This document shows, piece by piece, positions 17,839 through 27,561 of a stretch of DNA of 64,000 nt. The translations under genes and the position numbers were made by a program. A model generated the notes under the pieces. It had not been told where the DNA came from. It searched no databases and worked only from the letters and a program-made list of their open reading frames with translations. Position 1 is the first letter of the stretch. The number at the start of each line of letters is the position of its first letter. The DNA is from Bacilli bacterium (GTDB lineage: Bacteria; Bacillota_I; Bacilli_A; RFN20; CAG-826): the NCBI GenBank assembly GCA_035353055.1, contig DAOPYW010000001.1, positions 21,687 to 85,686 on the forward strand, written 5' to 3'.

Positions 17839-19253
17839 TATTTGTTCTCCTTATGGCATTCGCAGTCTTCGTCGTGGCATTGACAACTTCCATCATGACA
17901 GTCGCAGTCGCAGTCTTCATCATGGCAATCGCAATCATCGCCGTCATGACATCCGCAGGAACAATGGTGAGAATCATCTTCCATTATCTCCACGATTTTA
18001 TCTTCAAAGTCTTCTTGAACAACGACAATTTGCTCTTTGCTAACTAGGTTTTTAATAATCACTTTGTGTTTATTAATTTCATCTTCTCCGATGATGATGG
18101 CGTATTTAGCGCCTTTCTTCTCCGCTCGCTTGAACATCGCTGCGAGCTTAATGTCATCAAAACATATATCGGCGCTATAGCCGAGCAAGCGGATGTTTGT
18201 AGCGAGGGTGTGCGCCATGAGCTGAGCTTTTCCGCCGACAGGAATGACATAGAATGATAATTCGAAGGCGGGAATATCATCTGGAATCAAATTATTATCT
18301 CTTAAAATTGAGACAATTCTTTCGATTCCAAAGGAAAAACCAATACCAGGCATATCTGGTCCGCCTAATTCTTTCACTAATTTATCGTAGTGACCACCGC
18401 CTCCAATGGCGCCGTAGTCATTGCCTTTTTCGCTGACATAATGGAATTCGAAAACGGTCTCGCTATAGTAATCTAAGCCGCGAACAAGCGTATTATCAAA
18501 TTCATAGGGGATGGCAAAAGAATCGAGATATTCCGTGATGATTTTGAAGCGTTCTTTTGAAGCTTCTGAGAGGTATTGATCGATTTTGGGAGCGCCTTTA
18601 ACAATAGCTTGATCTTCAGGCACCTTGCAGTCGAGAATCCTTAAAGGATTCATTTCATAGCGAGATTGGCAATCTGGGCACATCTTGGCTACTGAATCTT
18701 TAAAGTATTCTTTTAGAGCTTGGCGATAGGCATCGCGGCTAGCCTCATCTCCTAAAGTGTTGATTTTTATCGTGACATTTTCTAATCCAAGGCTGGTGAG
18801 GATGGTATAGGCTAACACCATCACTTCTAAGTCGCATAATGGCGAATTGCTTCCCACTGACTCCACGCCGAATTGATTGAATTGGCGGTAGCGGCCAAGC
18901 TGCGGTCTCTCATAGCGGAAAACTGGCCCATTATAGTAGACTTTTAAAGGCAGTTCACTCGTGAATAATAATTTATTTTGGACCATCATTCGGATGATTC
19001 CGGCAGTGAATTCAGGTCTCAAGGTGAGGCTTCGTTTTCCTTTGTCGAGGAAAGTGTACATCTCTTTTCTGACCACATCGCTGCTCTCTCCCACTCCGCG
19101 AACGAAGACCTCGCTGTGCTCGATGACCGGAGGTCTGACCTCCATAAAAGCGAACAATTCCGCGATGTTTTTCATGAGAGCTTCCACTTGTGAATAAGCG
19201 GCGGCTTCCCCAGCGAAAACATCGTGAGTTCCCTTAACGTTGTTAATTTCCAT
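17838..19253 (-). CDS. hisS: Histidine--tRNA ligase with an unusual Cys/His/Asp-rich C-terminal extension of about 45 aa
   Basis: The HisRS core is present (GTHDVF…, class II motifs). The tail reads DDSHHCSCGCHDGDDCDCHDEDCDCDCHDGSCQCHDEDCECHKENK. Confidence 0.9.
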   Translation of the reverse strand: MEINNVKGTHDVFAGEAAAYSQVEALMKNIAELFAFMEVRPPVIEHSEVFVRGVGESSDVVRKEMYTFLDKGKRSLTLRPEFTAGIIRMMVQNKLLFTSELPLKVYYNGPVFRYERPQLGRYRQFNQFGVESVGSNSPLCDLEVMVLAYTILTSLGLENVTIKINTLGDEASRDAYRQALKEYFKDSVAKMCPDCQSRYEMNPLRILDCKVPEDQAIVKGAPKIDQYLSEASKERFKIITEYLDSFAIPYEFDNTLVRGLDYYSETVFEFHYVSEKGNDYGAIGGGGHYDKLVKELGGPDMPGIGFSFGIERIVSILRDNNLIPDDIPAFELSFYVIPVGGKAQLMAHTLATNIRLLGYSADICFDDIKLAAMFKRAEKKGAKYAIIIGEDEINKHKVIIKNLVSKEQIVVVQEDFEDKIVEIMEDDSHHCSCGCHDGDDCDCHDEDCDCDCHDGSCQCHDEDCECHKENK

Positions 19254-19268
19254 AATAATCCCTTTCTT

Positions 19269-21488
19269 TTAGTGAATCATCCTGGTCACGCGATAGACGC
19301 CAGGAATATTTTGAACGATATTAAAAATATCGTTTAATCTCTTTGCATCGCTCACCATTAATGTGGCAGTAATGGTCGCCGAAAAATTGGAGGCATTAGT
19401 CGAAGCATGAACAGAAGAGGCGCTCACTTTCGCAATAGATAAAGTCGAGAGAACATCAACGAGCAAGTTGGGCCGATCGTTAGCTTCGATAAAGACGTCG
19501 ACGGGATAAGTTGATGCTTCGATGTCGCTCCGCCAATAGACGTTGATTAAACGCTCTTCTTCTTTAGCAATATTAGGGCAAGATTTGCGGTGGACGCTAA
19601 TTCCTTTACCTTTGGTAATATATCCGACAATCTCATCTCCAGGAATCGGTGTGCAGCAATTGGCTAATGAGATAGCTAATCGGCTTCCACCACCACGGCA
19701 ATATACTGGGGCGCTGGAAGAAATAATCTTTGGCCGTCCTCCTCCGACGCTTAATGAGACTTGTTTCTTAATCTTTAAGAATTCTAGGATGGCGCTCGGA
19801 ATGGGCTTTCTTCCCGCCACTCCAGCGAAGAGATCATCGACATTATTGAAATGGAAATTGTTCAGCACCTTGGCGCTATCGAGATATTCCATCATCTCTG
19901 GTTCATCAATACTGCGATCGCGGAAAGCGTCGAGGCAGGATTGGCGACCTTTAGTGATTTTTTCGCTGCGCATGACATCAGCGTTTTTCTTCACGATGAA
20001 CTTGCGAATGCAGCTCTTAGCTTGAGCAGAGCGCACGAAGTTGAGCCAGCCTTCGCTTGGCCCTGGGGAGTTTTTAGAGGTCTTGATTTCCACCATGTCA
20101 CCAGTCTTTAAGATAGTGTTTAAAGGAACCATTACTCCATTGACTAATGATCCGGTGGTACTATCGCCAATTTTGGTGTGAATGCGATAAGCGAAATCTA
20201 CTGGAGTGCTGCCACTTGGCAATTCAATGACCTTACCTTTAGGGGTAAAAACATAGACATTTGCTTCGAAAATATCGCGGCTTAGACTGTTTAGATAGTC
20301 GCCGTCGTTTGATTCAGTGCTCTCGTTGGTGGCAGAGACAAAGTCTCGGAACCAGTGGAGCTTATCTTCGATTTCTTGCTGCTCTCTGTGAGAGCTGTAG
20401 CCGCTGTTCTCTTTATAAGCCCAGTGGGCGGCAACGCCGGTCTCGGCGATCTCATCCATCTCCTTGGTGCGGATTTGAATTTCATAGAAGTTGCCATTGC
20501 CAGAGACAATCGTCGTATGTAGCGATTGATACATGTTGGGTTTCGGCATTGCGATGTAATCTTTAAAGCGGCCAGGAACTGGCTTGTAGGTCTTGTGAAT
20601 CAATCCGAGAATTTCATAGCACTTCATTTCCGTATCAGTGATGATTCGGAGAGCGAGGATGTCATAAATTTCATCGAAAGGGTGACCTTTCACATACATT
20701 TTGGTGTAGATAGAATAAATTGATTTGACGCGAGCGGAGATATCAAAAGTGATGTTATTCTCAAAGAGAATATCGGCGATGCGCTTGCGAATGGCGTCCA
20801 GAGATTTGCCCATGGTCTTAGCTTTATTGGACAAGAGCTTTTTGATCTCATAATATTTTTCTGGCTCCAAATATTTTAAGCAGAGGTCTTCCATCTCCGA
20901 CTTCACAATATCGAGACCAAGGCGGTGAGCGATAGGCACGAAGACTTCGATGGTCTCTTGAGCGATGGCGATTTGCCGCTCGCTCGATAGAGCCGCTAGG
21001 GTTCTTAAGTTATGGAGGCGATCAGCGAGCTTAATAATGATGACTCGGATATCTTTAGCCATGCCAATTAAAATTTTGCGATGGTCTTCCGATTCGAATT
21101 CTTCGCTGCTGATTTTAGATAATTTTAAGCGTTGGATTTTGGTGAGAGAGTCGACAATCTTGGCGACTTCGCTTCCCCACAGCCTCTCAATATCCACGAC
21201 TGTTACATCAGTGTCTTCGACAACATCGTGCAAAAATGCGGAGATGATCGTCGCTGGTCCGCCTTGCAAAGAGGCGATGATATAAGCGACTTCGACAAGG
21301 TGATGATAGTAGGGCTCACCGCTCTTGCGGAACTGATTTTGGTGCTTTTCCACGATGAAATCATAGGCAGCACGTATTTGTTTGCGGTCTTCGGGTGATG
21401 AGATATAGTTCTGATAAATAGCCTCTACATCTTCGAATGTATGAAGAGGATATCCACCATTGACAAGGGGCTTTTTGTTTTCTTCCAT
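19269..21488 (-). CDS. relA: Bifunctional (p)ppGpp synthetase/hydrolase (RelA/SpoT family)
   Basis: An HD hydrolase domain (HHLVEVAYII…HDVVED), a synthetase domain, and TGS/ACT domains are present. It is 739 aa. Confidence 0.9.
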   Translation of the reverse strand: MEENKKPLVNGGYPLHTFEDVEAIYQNYISSPEDRKQIRAAYDFIVEKHQNQFRKSGEPYYHHLVEVAYIIASLQGGPATIISAFLHDVVEDTDVTVVDIERLWGSEVAKIVDSLTKIQRLKLSKISSEEFESEDHRKILIGMAKDIRVIIIKLADRLHNLRTLAALSSERQIAIAQETIEVFVPIAHRLGLDIVKSEMEDLCLKYLEPEKYYEIKKLLSNKAKTMGKSLDAIRKRIADILFENNITFDISARVKSIYSIYTKMYVKGHPFDEIYDILALRIITDTEMKCYEILGLIHKTYKPVPGRFKDYIAMPKPNMYQSLHTTIVSGNGNFYEIQIRTKEMDEIAETGVAAHWAYKENSGYSSHREQQEIEDKLHWFRDFVSATNESTESNDGDYLNSLSRDIFEANVYVFTPKGKVIELPSGSTPVDFAYRIHTKIGDSTTGSLVNGVMVPLNTILKTGDMVEIKTSKNSPGPSEGWLNFVRSAQAKSCIRKFIVKKNADVMRSEKITKGRQSCLDAFRDRSIDEPEMMEYLDSAKVLNNFHFNNVDDLFAGVAGRKPIPSAILEFLKIKKQVSLSVGGGRPKIISSSAPVYCRGGGSRLAISLANCCTPIPGDEIVGYITKGKGISVHRKSCPNIAKEEERLINVYWRSDIEASTYPVDVFIEANDRPNLLVDVLSTLSIAKVSASSVHASTNASNFSATITATLMVSDAKRLNDIFNIVQNIPGVYRVTRMIH

Positions 21489-21551
21489 AAGCTTATAGAA
21501 ATATGATAAAGGTTTTTCTTTATTATTTAAAGAAATAAGATGTTTAAAATA

Positions 21552-21577
21552 ATTAAAAAAAGACGGAAATCGTCTTT
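21552..21577 (-). terminator. Rho-independent terminator after the ABC exporter pair
   Basis: A hairpin with AAGACG/CGTCTT arms and a 5-nt GAAAT loop is followed by a U-run on the minus strand. Confidence 0.65.
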
Positions 21578-23353
21578 TTAGTTTTCAGCGAACTGCAGTT
21601 TGTAGAGCTTGTAATAATGCCCTTTTTGTTTCAGCAGCGATTGGTGATTGCCCTTCTCGATAATCTCACCATGCTGCAAAACGATGATTTGATCAGCCTT
21701 CTGAATGGTAGAGAGGCGGTGCGCTACAATAAGCATTGTTCCGATATTTTTCATCTTTTCCAGGGATGCTTGAATCAAGACTTCGGTTTCAGTATCAATA
21801 TTGGCGGTCGCTTCATCCAAGACGAGAATTTGTGGCTGGCTTAAAACCGTGCGAGCAAAGGAGATGAGCTGCCTCTGACCTTGGGAGTAGTTTTCTCCTC
21901 GTTCAATGACCATTTCATCCAAGCCTTTTTCGCTCTTGTTAATGAAGGAATCCGCATTGACATATTGGCAGGCTTGCATGATTTGCTCGTCTGTGTATTC
22001 ACTATCGTGTAGGGTAATGTTATCGCGCATAGTGCCCGAGAATAAGAAGACATCTTGAAGCATCTGGCCAATCTTCTTGCGCAGAGATTTTATTTTGATA
22101 TGTTTGATATCGATGTCATCAATGAGAATCTGACCTTTTTGAATCTCGAAATTGCGAACGATCAAGCCGAGAATAGTTGTCTTCCCTGCTCCGGTAGCAC
22201 CGACGAAAGCCACTGTCTGTCTGGGTTCGATGACAAAAGAGACGTCTTTGAGAATCCAGTTCTCTTTTTCATAGGCAAACCAAACATTGCGGAATTCGAT
22301 TTTTCCTTTGAAGTCTTCCACATCAATAGAATCAGATTCATCAAGCACTTCTGGCTGAATATCCAACAGATTAAATAGTCTTTCAGAAGCGGTGTTAGCC
22401 TTTTGAATGGCATTGAGTTGATCAGCGATATTTTGAACAGGGTTAAAGAAGCGGCTGACGTATAGATAGAATTCGACAGCTACGGCGGCAGTCATGGCGG
22501 AATTCATGCCAACGATAAAGGTGGTAATGATTGCAGCATAATACAAAACGGTGAGGGTTGGTCGATATAATCCAAACGCAAGGACTACTTGATAACGAGT
22601 TTTGCGGAGGTTTTCATTCTTGACTAAGAATTCCTGCTCTTTTCGCTTTTGCTGATTGAAAATTTGCGTGATTTTCATCCCGGATAAGTTCTCGTTAACA
22701 AAGGTGTTCATCTCAGAAAGATATTGCCGTTCTTTTTTGAAGACGCGATAGACGATCATGCGGAATAAATATGAGATTAAAAACACGACTAACAAGAATC
22801 CCAATTGTATTAATGCTAAGTACCAAGAAACAAGCAGCATCATGATGAAAACTACCACGACCATCAAGATGTTCTTCACGAGGTTGACCAGGACATTAGT
22901 GAACAAGTCGGACATCGAAGATGTGTAATTGGTCACGCGAGTGACGAGAGATCCAACTGGCATTTCGTTGAATTGATTTTGCGACATGCTCTCGATGTGC
23001 TCAAAGACTTCCATGCGGAGATTGTAAATGATCCTTTGACCAGATTTTTGGAGGGCAATTCCTTGGAAATAATAGAATATATAGGAGGTGACACTCAGGA
23101 TAAAATACCCGAGGGCAACCCAAATTATGTAGGATAGAGACGGCACGCCAGTGCCCACATCTAGTTCATCGACAATCATTCCAATAAACTGCGGCATGAC
23201 CGCTTCAATGGAGACGTTGACAATAATGAGCAAAAAAGCAAAAACAAACCACCAGATTTCTGGTTTGATATAATGCCAAAGCCGCTTCAAAAGAATCGAG
23301 AGCGGAATCTTTTTGTCGCCTTTTAAGCGTTCATTTTTGTCAAAATCGGACAT
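21578..23353 (-). CDS. ABC transporter ATP-binding/permease (type I exporter half-transporter)
   Basis: Six predicted TM helices are followed by an NBD with Walker A GATGAGKTT, the signature LSQGQRQ, and Walker B ILVLDEAT. Confidence 0.85.
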   Translation of the reverse strand: MSDFDKNERLKGDKKIPLSILLKRLWHYIKPEIWWFVFAFLLIIVNVSIEAVMPQFIGMIVDELDVGTGVPSLSYIIWVALGYFILSVTSYIFYYFQGIALQKSGQRIIYNLRMEVFEHIESMSQNQFNEMPVGSLVTRVTNYTSSMSDLFTNVLVNLVKNILMVVVVFIMMLLVSWYLALIQLGFLLVVFLISYLFRMIVYRVFKKERQYLSEMNTFVNENLSGMKITQIFNQQKRKEQEFLVKNENLRKTRYQVVLAFGLYRPTLTVLYYAAIITTFIVGMNSAMTAAVAVEFYLYVSRFFNPVQNIADQLNAIQKANTASERLFNLLDIQPEVLDESDSIDVEDFKGKIEFRNVWFAYEKENWILKDVSFVIEPRQTVAFVGATGAGKTTILGLIVRNFEIQKGQILIDDIDIKHIKIKSLRKKIGQMLQDVFLFSGTMRDNITLHDSEYTDEQIMQACQYVNADSFINKSEKGLDEMVIERGENYSQGQRQLISFARTVLSQPQILVLDEATANIDTETEVLIQASLEKMKNIGTMLIVAHRLSTIQKADQIIVLQHGEIIEKGNHQSLLKQKGHYYKLYKLQFAEN

Positions 23354-23354
23354 C

Positions 23355-25166
23355 TTATTGGCCTCCTTCCGCTTCTTTTTCTAATTCTTGTAGACGAACC
23401 ATTCTCTGATAGAAAGGTGATATTTTCATGAGGTTAGCATGAGTATCGAAGGCCTGCAGTTTGCCTTCTTCTAAGACGATGATACGGTCGAGGTGAGAGA
23501 CGGTAGAGACGCGAGAAGCAATGACAATTGTAGTCATGTCTTTTCTCTGCTCAGTAATATTGCGGAGAATCTTCTCTTCCGTCTTAACATCGACTGCGGA
23601 AACTGAGTCATCCAAAATCATGATGGGTGCGTTTTTCGCAAAAGCGCGAGCGATTGAAATGCGCTGTTTCTGTCCACCAGATAAAGTCACGCCTCTCTCG
23701 CCGCTGACGGTTTGATAGCCTTCTGGGAATTCTTTAATATCATCGTCGACATCAGAAAATCTCGCAGCTTCTTCAACTTTCTCTTGAGGCATATTTATAT
23801 CGCTAAAAGCGATATTGTTGGTGACAGTGTCGCTGAATAAAAAGTTATCTTGTGGGACGTAAGCAATCGCGCGGCGAATCGAGTCGATGTCGCACTCCAT
23901 CAAATCATAGCCATCGATAAAGACGGTGCCTTTGTCGACGTTATACAAGCGAAGCAAAATATTCATTAATGTTGATTTTCCGCAGCCAATCTTTCCCACT
24001 ACTCCGATTTTTTCTCCCGGCTTGATGACTAAGTTAATGTCGCTTAATACAGGAGCGTTATCTTCGGGATAGTTAAAGGAGAAGTTCTTGAAGGAGATCT
24101 CGCCTTTGACTTCCTCTAATAAATGAGCAGCTGAAGGATTTTGAATCTCTTCTAGCTGGTCTAAATATTTCGCTACACGCTCCATTGAAGTTTTTGCTCG
24201 CGAGCGCATGCTCACCACTTGGCCAAGAGCGATCAAAGGCCAAATCAAGATGTCGAAATATCCGATGAATTTAAAGAAATCACCTGGTGTTTGCAGAGCG
24301 ATGATCTGTCCAAACAATGACATTGGTTGTCCAACGACAGCTTCGTATACAAACCAGCCGCCGAGGCAGAGGATGAGAGTCAAGATAGAGATGATGATAA
24401 TCTCCAAGATAACATCGAACATAATATAGAGTTTTCCAAAGGAAATATTGATATCGCGGTTCTTTTTGGCAATCTTGGAAAATGCCAATAATTGCTGATT
24501 CTCTTTGACGAAAGCTTTGATGACGCGAATGCCGGTAAAACTCTCTTGAGAGTAATCGTACATCTCATCGTAAGCTTTTTGGCGCTGCATCCATTTGGCG
24601 CTGACTAACTTCTCCACCATCGCACCCCAGAAAATAATTAATATCATTGGGGCGAGGGATATCAGAGCGAGTTGCCAACAGGTAAAGAACATAAATATGA
24701 GAGCGAAGACCGATAGGAACATCGCATCGATGAGCATGATGGTTCCCCATCCGAGAAATTCTTCGATGGTCTCGAGATCAGTGGTAAACCATGACATGAC
24801 GGTTCCGACTGAGTTCTCGTGATAATAAGATAAGGAGAGCCTCTCACCCTTTAAAAACATGTCGTGGCGAATTCCGGCTTCAATCTTTTGGCTGGCCATA
24901 AATAAGGTGAATCGCCAGATGATGCGGCCGAAGAACATTCCTCCGCCTATCGCTGCAATCCAGTAGCAGCAAGTGAGAATATTTTTTTTGCTTTCAGCAT
25001 CTAGAAATCCGTTTTGCGATACTATTCTTAAGGTGTCGACGATATCGCCGATATAAGAGGGGATGAATACCTGAATTAAATCCACGCCAATAAGCGCGAG
25101 AATACCAATAATGTATAACCACGCGTATCGAAGATAGTACTTTTTTAAATGTTTGTTGAAGAGCAT
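23355..25166 (-). CDS. ABC transporter ATP-binding/permease (partner half of a heterodimeric exporter)
   Basis: A TMD is followed by an NBD with GKIGCGKST, LSGGQKQRISIARA and IMILDD. A 1-nt gap separates it from the downstream ABC gene. Confidence 0.85.
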   Translation of the reverse strand: MLFNKHLKKYYLRYAWLYIIGILALIGVDLIQVFIPSYIGDIVDTLRIVSQNGFLDAESKKNILTCCYWIAAIGGGMFFGRIIWRFTLFMASQKIEAGIRHDMFLKGERLSLSYYHENSVGTVMSWFTTDLETIEEFLGWGTIMLIDAMFLSVFALIFMFFTCWQLALISLAPMILIIFWGAMVEKLVSAKWMQRQKAYDEMYDYSQESFTGIRVIKAFVKENQQLLAFSKIAKKNRDINISFGKLYIMFDVILEIIIISILTLILCLGGWFVYEAVVGQPMSLFGQIIALQTPGDFFKFIGYFDILIWPLIALGQVVSMRSRAKTSMERVAKYLDQLEEIQNPSAAHLLEEVKGEISFKNFSFNYPEDNAPVLSDINLVIKPGEKIGVVGKIGCGKSTLMNILLRLYNVDKGTVFIDGYDLMECDIDSIRRAIAYVPQDNFLFSDTVTNNIAFSDINMPQEKVEEAARFSDVDDDIKEFPEGYQTVSGERGVTLSGGQKQRISIARAFAKNAPIMILDDSVSAVDVKTEEKILRNITEQRKDMTTIVIASRVSTVSHLDRIIVLEEGKLQAFDTHANLMKISPFYQRMVRLQELEKEAEGGQ

Positions 25167-25172
25167 ATCATC

Positions 25173-25191
25173 ATGTTAATTTAATTAACAT
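25173..25191. promoter_or_regulatory. 19-bp perfect palindrome ATGTTAATTTAATTAACAT just upstream of the ABC exporter start; candidate repressor operator
   Basis: The sequence is exactly self-complementary around a central T. It lies 7-25 nt upstream of the start codon at 25166. Confidence 0.4.
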
Positions 25192-25227
25192 CTCTTGTAT
25201 TCTAGCACTTATTTGATATTTCACAAC

Positions 25228-25258
25228 AAAATAAAAACCGCACCAAGCGGTTTTTTGT
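25228..25258 (-). terminator. Rho-independent terminator of the lipoprotein gene (bidirectional hairpin)
   Basis: The hairpin AAAACCGC-ACCAA-GCGGTTTT is flanked by A/T runs on both sides. Confidence 0.65.
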
Positions 25259-25272
25259 TCTATTTTAAATAT

Positions 25273-25938
25273 TTAGTTAATGGCGGAATAAATTACGATG
25301 CGCGTGAGAATTGCTCGTTGCCCATACACCTCAATTTGAAGGTGATTGGTCGCTTCTTTTAACTCATAGGAACATTTCGTTTCAGCAATCGAGGCAATCG
25401 CATCAAAATCAGTATCAAGCCTGACATAATGCGAATCGTTGAGTGAGATTGCCACTGGTGAATCGATTGAATCGCGGCTTCCAGTTTCAGTAAATACTGA
25501 GGCACTGCGTGGTTTAGCATAGATTTCGACAAATGCCGGAGTAATCGAGCTCGCTAGGCCAATATCTAAAAGCCCATTTACGGAATTATTCAAATGCCCA
25601 ACTTTTAAGCCCCCGACTCCAACAGCGACATAGTCAGCAGTCACCACTGTGGCTAATAGAGAATCTGGGTCATTAAATAAAGTGAGAATTTCATTCTGAT
25701 TTTCAGCGGTGAAATCCGCGCCTTGCTCTTCCGCGGTAGAAGAGATGGTCAAGCTGTGAGCGGTATAGCCTTCAGTGTCGAAGACATCGCCATAGCCATC
25801 GTAATACTCGATGACCTCTTCGTCAGGGATCTCTCCCCCAGTTCCTTCGTCATGTTCATCCGGCGACCATTCAAAAGTACAGCCTGCGAGAAGGAAAGCG
25901 AGAGGAACTAAAGATAATAGGCGAATCTTTTTTGACAT
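25273..25938 (-). CDS. Putative lipoprotein of unknown function
   Basis: The signal peptide MSKKIRLLSLVPLAFLLAGC has an LAGC lipobox. A TATAAT hexamer lies 6 nt upstream of the ATG, so the mRNA may be leaderless. I recognise no domain. Confidence 0.55.
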   Translation of the reverse strand: MSKKIRLLSLVPLAFLLAGCTFEWSPDEHDEGTGGEIPDEEVIEYYDGYGDVFDTEGYTAHSLTISSTAEEQGADFTAENQNEILTLFNDPDSLLATVVTADYVAVGVGGLKVGHLNNSVNGLLDIGLASSITPAFVEIYAKPRSASVFTETGSRDSIDSPVAISLNDSHYVRLDTDFDAIASIAETKCSYELKEATNHLQIEVYGQRAILTRIVIYSAIN

Positions 25939-25956
25939 ACACACATTATAGCAAAT

Positions 25957-27525
25957 CTACGATTTATCGCTCTCAGAAAAATGCGAAATTAGAAATTCGA
26001 TGTTTTGAAATCCGCGATAGACATTGATTCTCAGGTGTCCCAACAAGTCGATATAGCGGTACTTTTGAATCTCTTGGCGAGAGAAGTTGAAGCCAGTCAA
26101 ACGCGTGTTAGAACCAATCTGAGTTAAGATGTGCTTCTCATCGCGAGAGAAGAACAAAGAGGAAGTGCTGATTCTCTTGAGGCTCAGTAGAGGAGATGGC
26201 CAACCTTCACCAAATGGTGAAAAGGATTGGATTAAGCGATAGGAATCCTCATTAATTTCAGTGATTCCCATCGTGATTTCTTCTTTTTTCGCCACGGTTA
26301 AAGGTCTGGCTTTAACCAGCTCCATAAACTCTTTTCTAAACGAATCGAAATGATCCGCCATCAAAGAGCAACCGCCAGCGGAAGCGTGGCCGCCAAAATT
26401 GACTAAGTGATGTTGCAAAGTTTTGAAAGCTTCGACGACGTTGAAGCCTTCAGGAGCGCGGCAGCTGCCTTTTAGCAAGTCTCCAGTTTTGTCTTTAGCG
26501 AAAACAATACAGGGCACTTGGTATTTATTGACTAGCTGATTGGCAATGAGACCTAGCAGGCCTTCTTTGGCGTCAGAGATGAAAGCAATAGCGGGTTCTT
26601 CGAGAGCGAAGCCATCGAGAGAATCGCTGGCGTTTTTCGAGGCGATTTTGCGATCGTCATTGACGCTATTGATCCAAGCGATGTCGCTTAAAAGATTGCT
26701 CTTGTCATCGCTGGTGAAAAACTCGACAAGTCGGTTAATATCATCGCCGTCGATAAGGCGTCCAATCGCGTTGATTTTTGGGGCGATTTTCAAGCCGATT
26801 GTCGCCTCATTAAAAGGCTCGCTTTCTTTGAGTGCATCAATCTGAAAAAACTCTCCTTCACGGTAATTGGCGAAGACTAAGCGGAGCAGATTTCGGTTAT
26901 AGCTTACTAGGGGCATGATATCGGAAATGATCGATATCGAGGCCAAGGTAGAAAGGTATTTATCGAAGCGATTGAGAAAAGCGATGGAAAACATAAAAGC
27001 CGTGAAAGCGCCACTTGAGGGAACCTCGCCAAAATGCGAGAGAATCGGATGAATAATAAAGTCAGCCTCGGGCAAAATTTCTTGGCTTTGATGATGGTCG
27101 ATGACCAGCACTTTCACCCCGCGCTCTTTTAAGAGCTTTATCGGCTCAAAAGCGGTCACGCCATTATCGACAGTGATGACCAATTTAACTTGGCTATCGA
27201 TGGCTTCCTGAGCTTTTTTCATCGTCAAGCCATACCCATCTTCATAGCGATTAGGGAGGTAATAATCGGCTAGATAGTCAGCATATTTAAACATCTTGAT
27301 TAAGATGGAAGTGCCCATCACTCCATCGGCGTCGTAATCGCCATAGACGAGAATCCTTCCCTTTTCTGCTATCACTTGCTTGACTAGGTCGACTGCTTCC
27401 GTTAGATTATCGAAATGATGGCCGAGAGCAAAATCATTTTCGCTGACAGGTAAAATCAGCGATTGATAGGTTTCGTTATCAATGTGATAGTAGTTTAATA
27501 ATTTTTGAAATAATTTCTCGTTCAT
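25957..27525 (-). CDS. recJ: DHH-family single-stranded-DNA exonuclease RecJ-like
   Basis: VYGDYDADGV and the DHH motif (VIDHHQ) are present with a DHHA1 region. It lies between secDF and relA as in Bacillus. It is short for RecJ at 522 aa. Confidence 0.7.
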   Translation of the reverse strand: MNEKLFQKLLNYYHIDNETYQSLILPVSENDFALGHHFDNLTEAVDLVKQVIAEKGRILVYGDYDADGVMGTSILIKMFKYADYLADYYLPNRYEDGYGLTMKKAQEAIDSQVKLVITVDNGVTAFEPIKLLKERGVKVLVIDHHQSQEILPEADFIIHPILSHFGEVPSSGAFTAFMFSIAFLNRFDKYLSTLASISIISDIMPLVSYNRNLLRLVFANYREGEFFQIDALKESEPFNEATIGLKIAPKINAIGRLIDGDDINRLVEFFTSDDKSNLLSDIAWINSVNDDRKIASKNASDSLDGFALEEPAIAFISDAKEGLLGLIANQLVNKYQVPCIVFAKDKTGDLLKGSCRAPEGFNVVEAFKTLQHHLVNFGGHASAGGCSLMADHFDSFRKEFMELVKARPLTVAKKEEITMGITEINEDSYRLIQSFSPFGEGWPSPLLSLKRISTSSLFFSRDEKHILTQIGSNTRLTGFNFSRQEIQKYRYIDLLGHLRINVYRGFQNIEFLISHFSESDKS

Positions 27526-27561
27526 ATAAATAAAAGGCTACCGGTTGGTAGCCATTAAGAG

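Noticed and set aside
17792-18047. Antisense ORFs opposite the hisS tail and aspS start
   Set aside because: These are the mirror image of the repetitive GTCGCAGTC-type codons of the Cys/His/Asp tail and have no independent signals.
19254-19268. Expected T-box leader upstream of hisS-aspS
   Set aside because: Only 15 nt separate the relA stop from the hisS start, so there is no room for a leader. hisS is apparently co-transcribed with relA here.
19543-21398. Multiple 60-160-aa ORFs inside relA on both strands
   Set aside because: They are embedded in a conserved 739-aa CDS and are typical out-of-frame artefacts.
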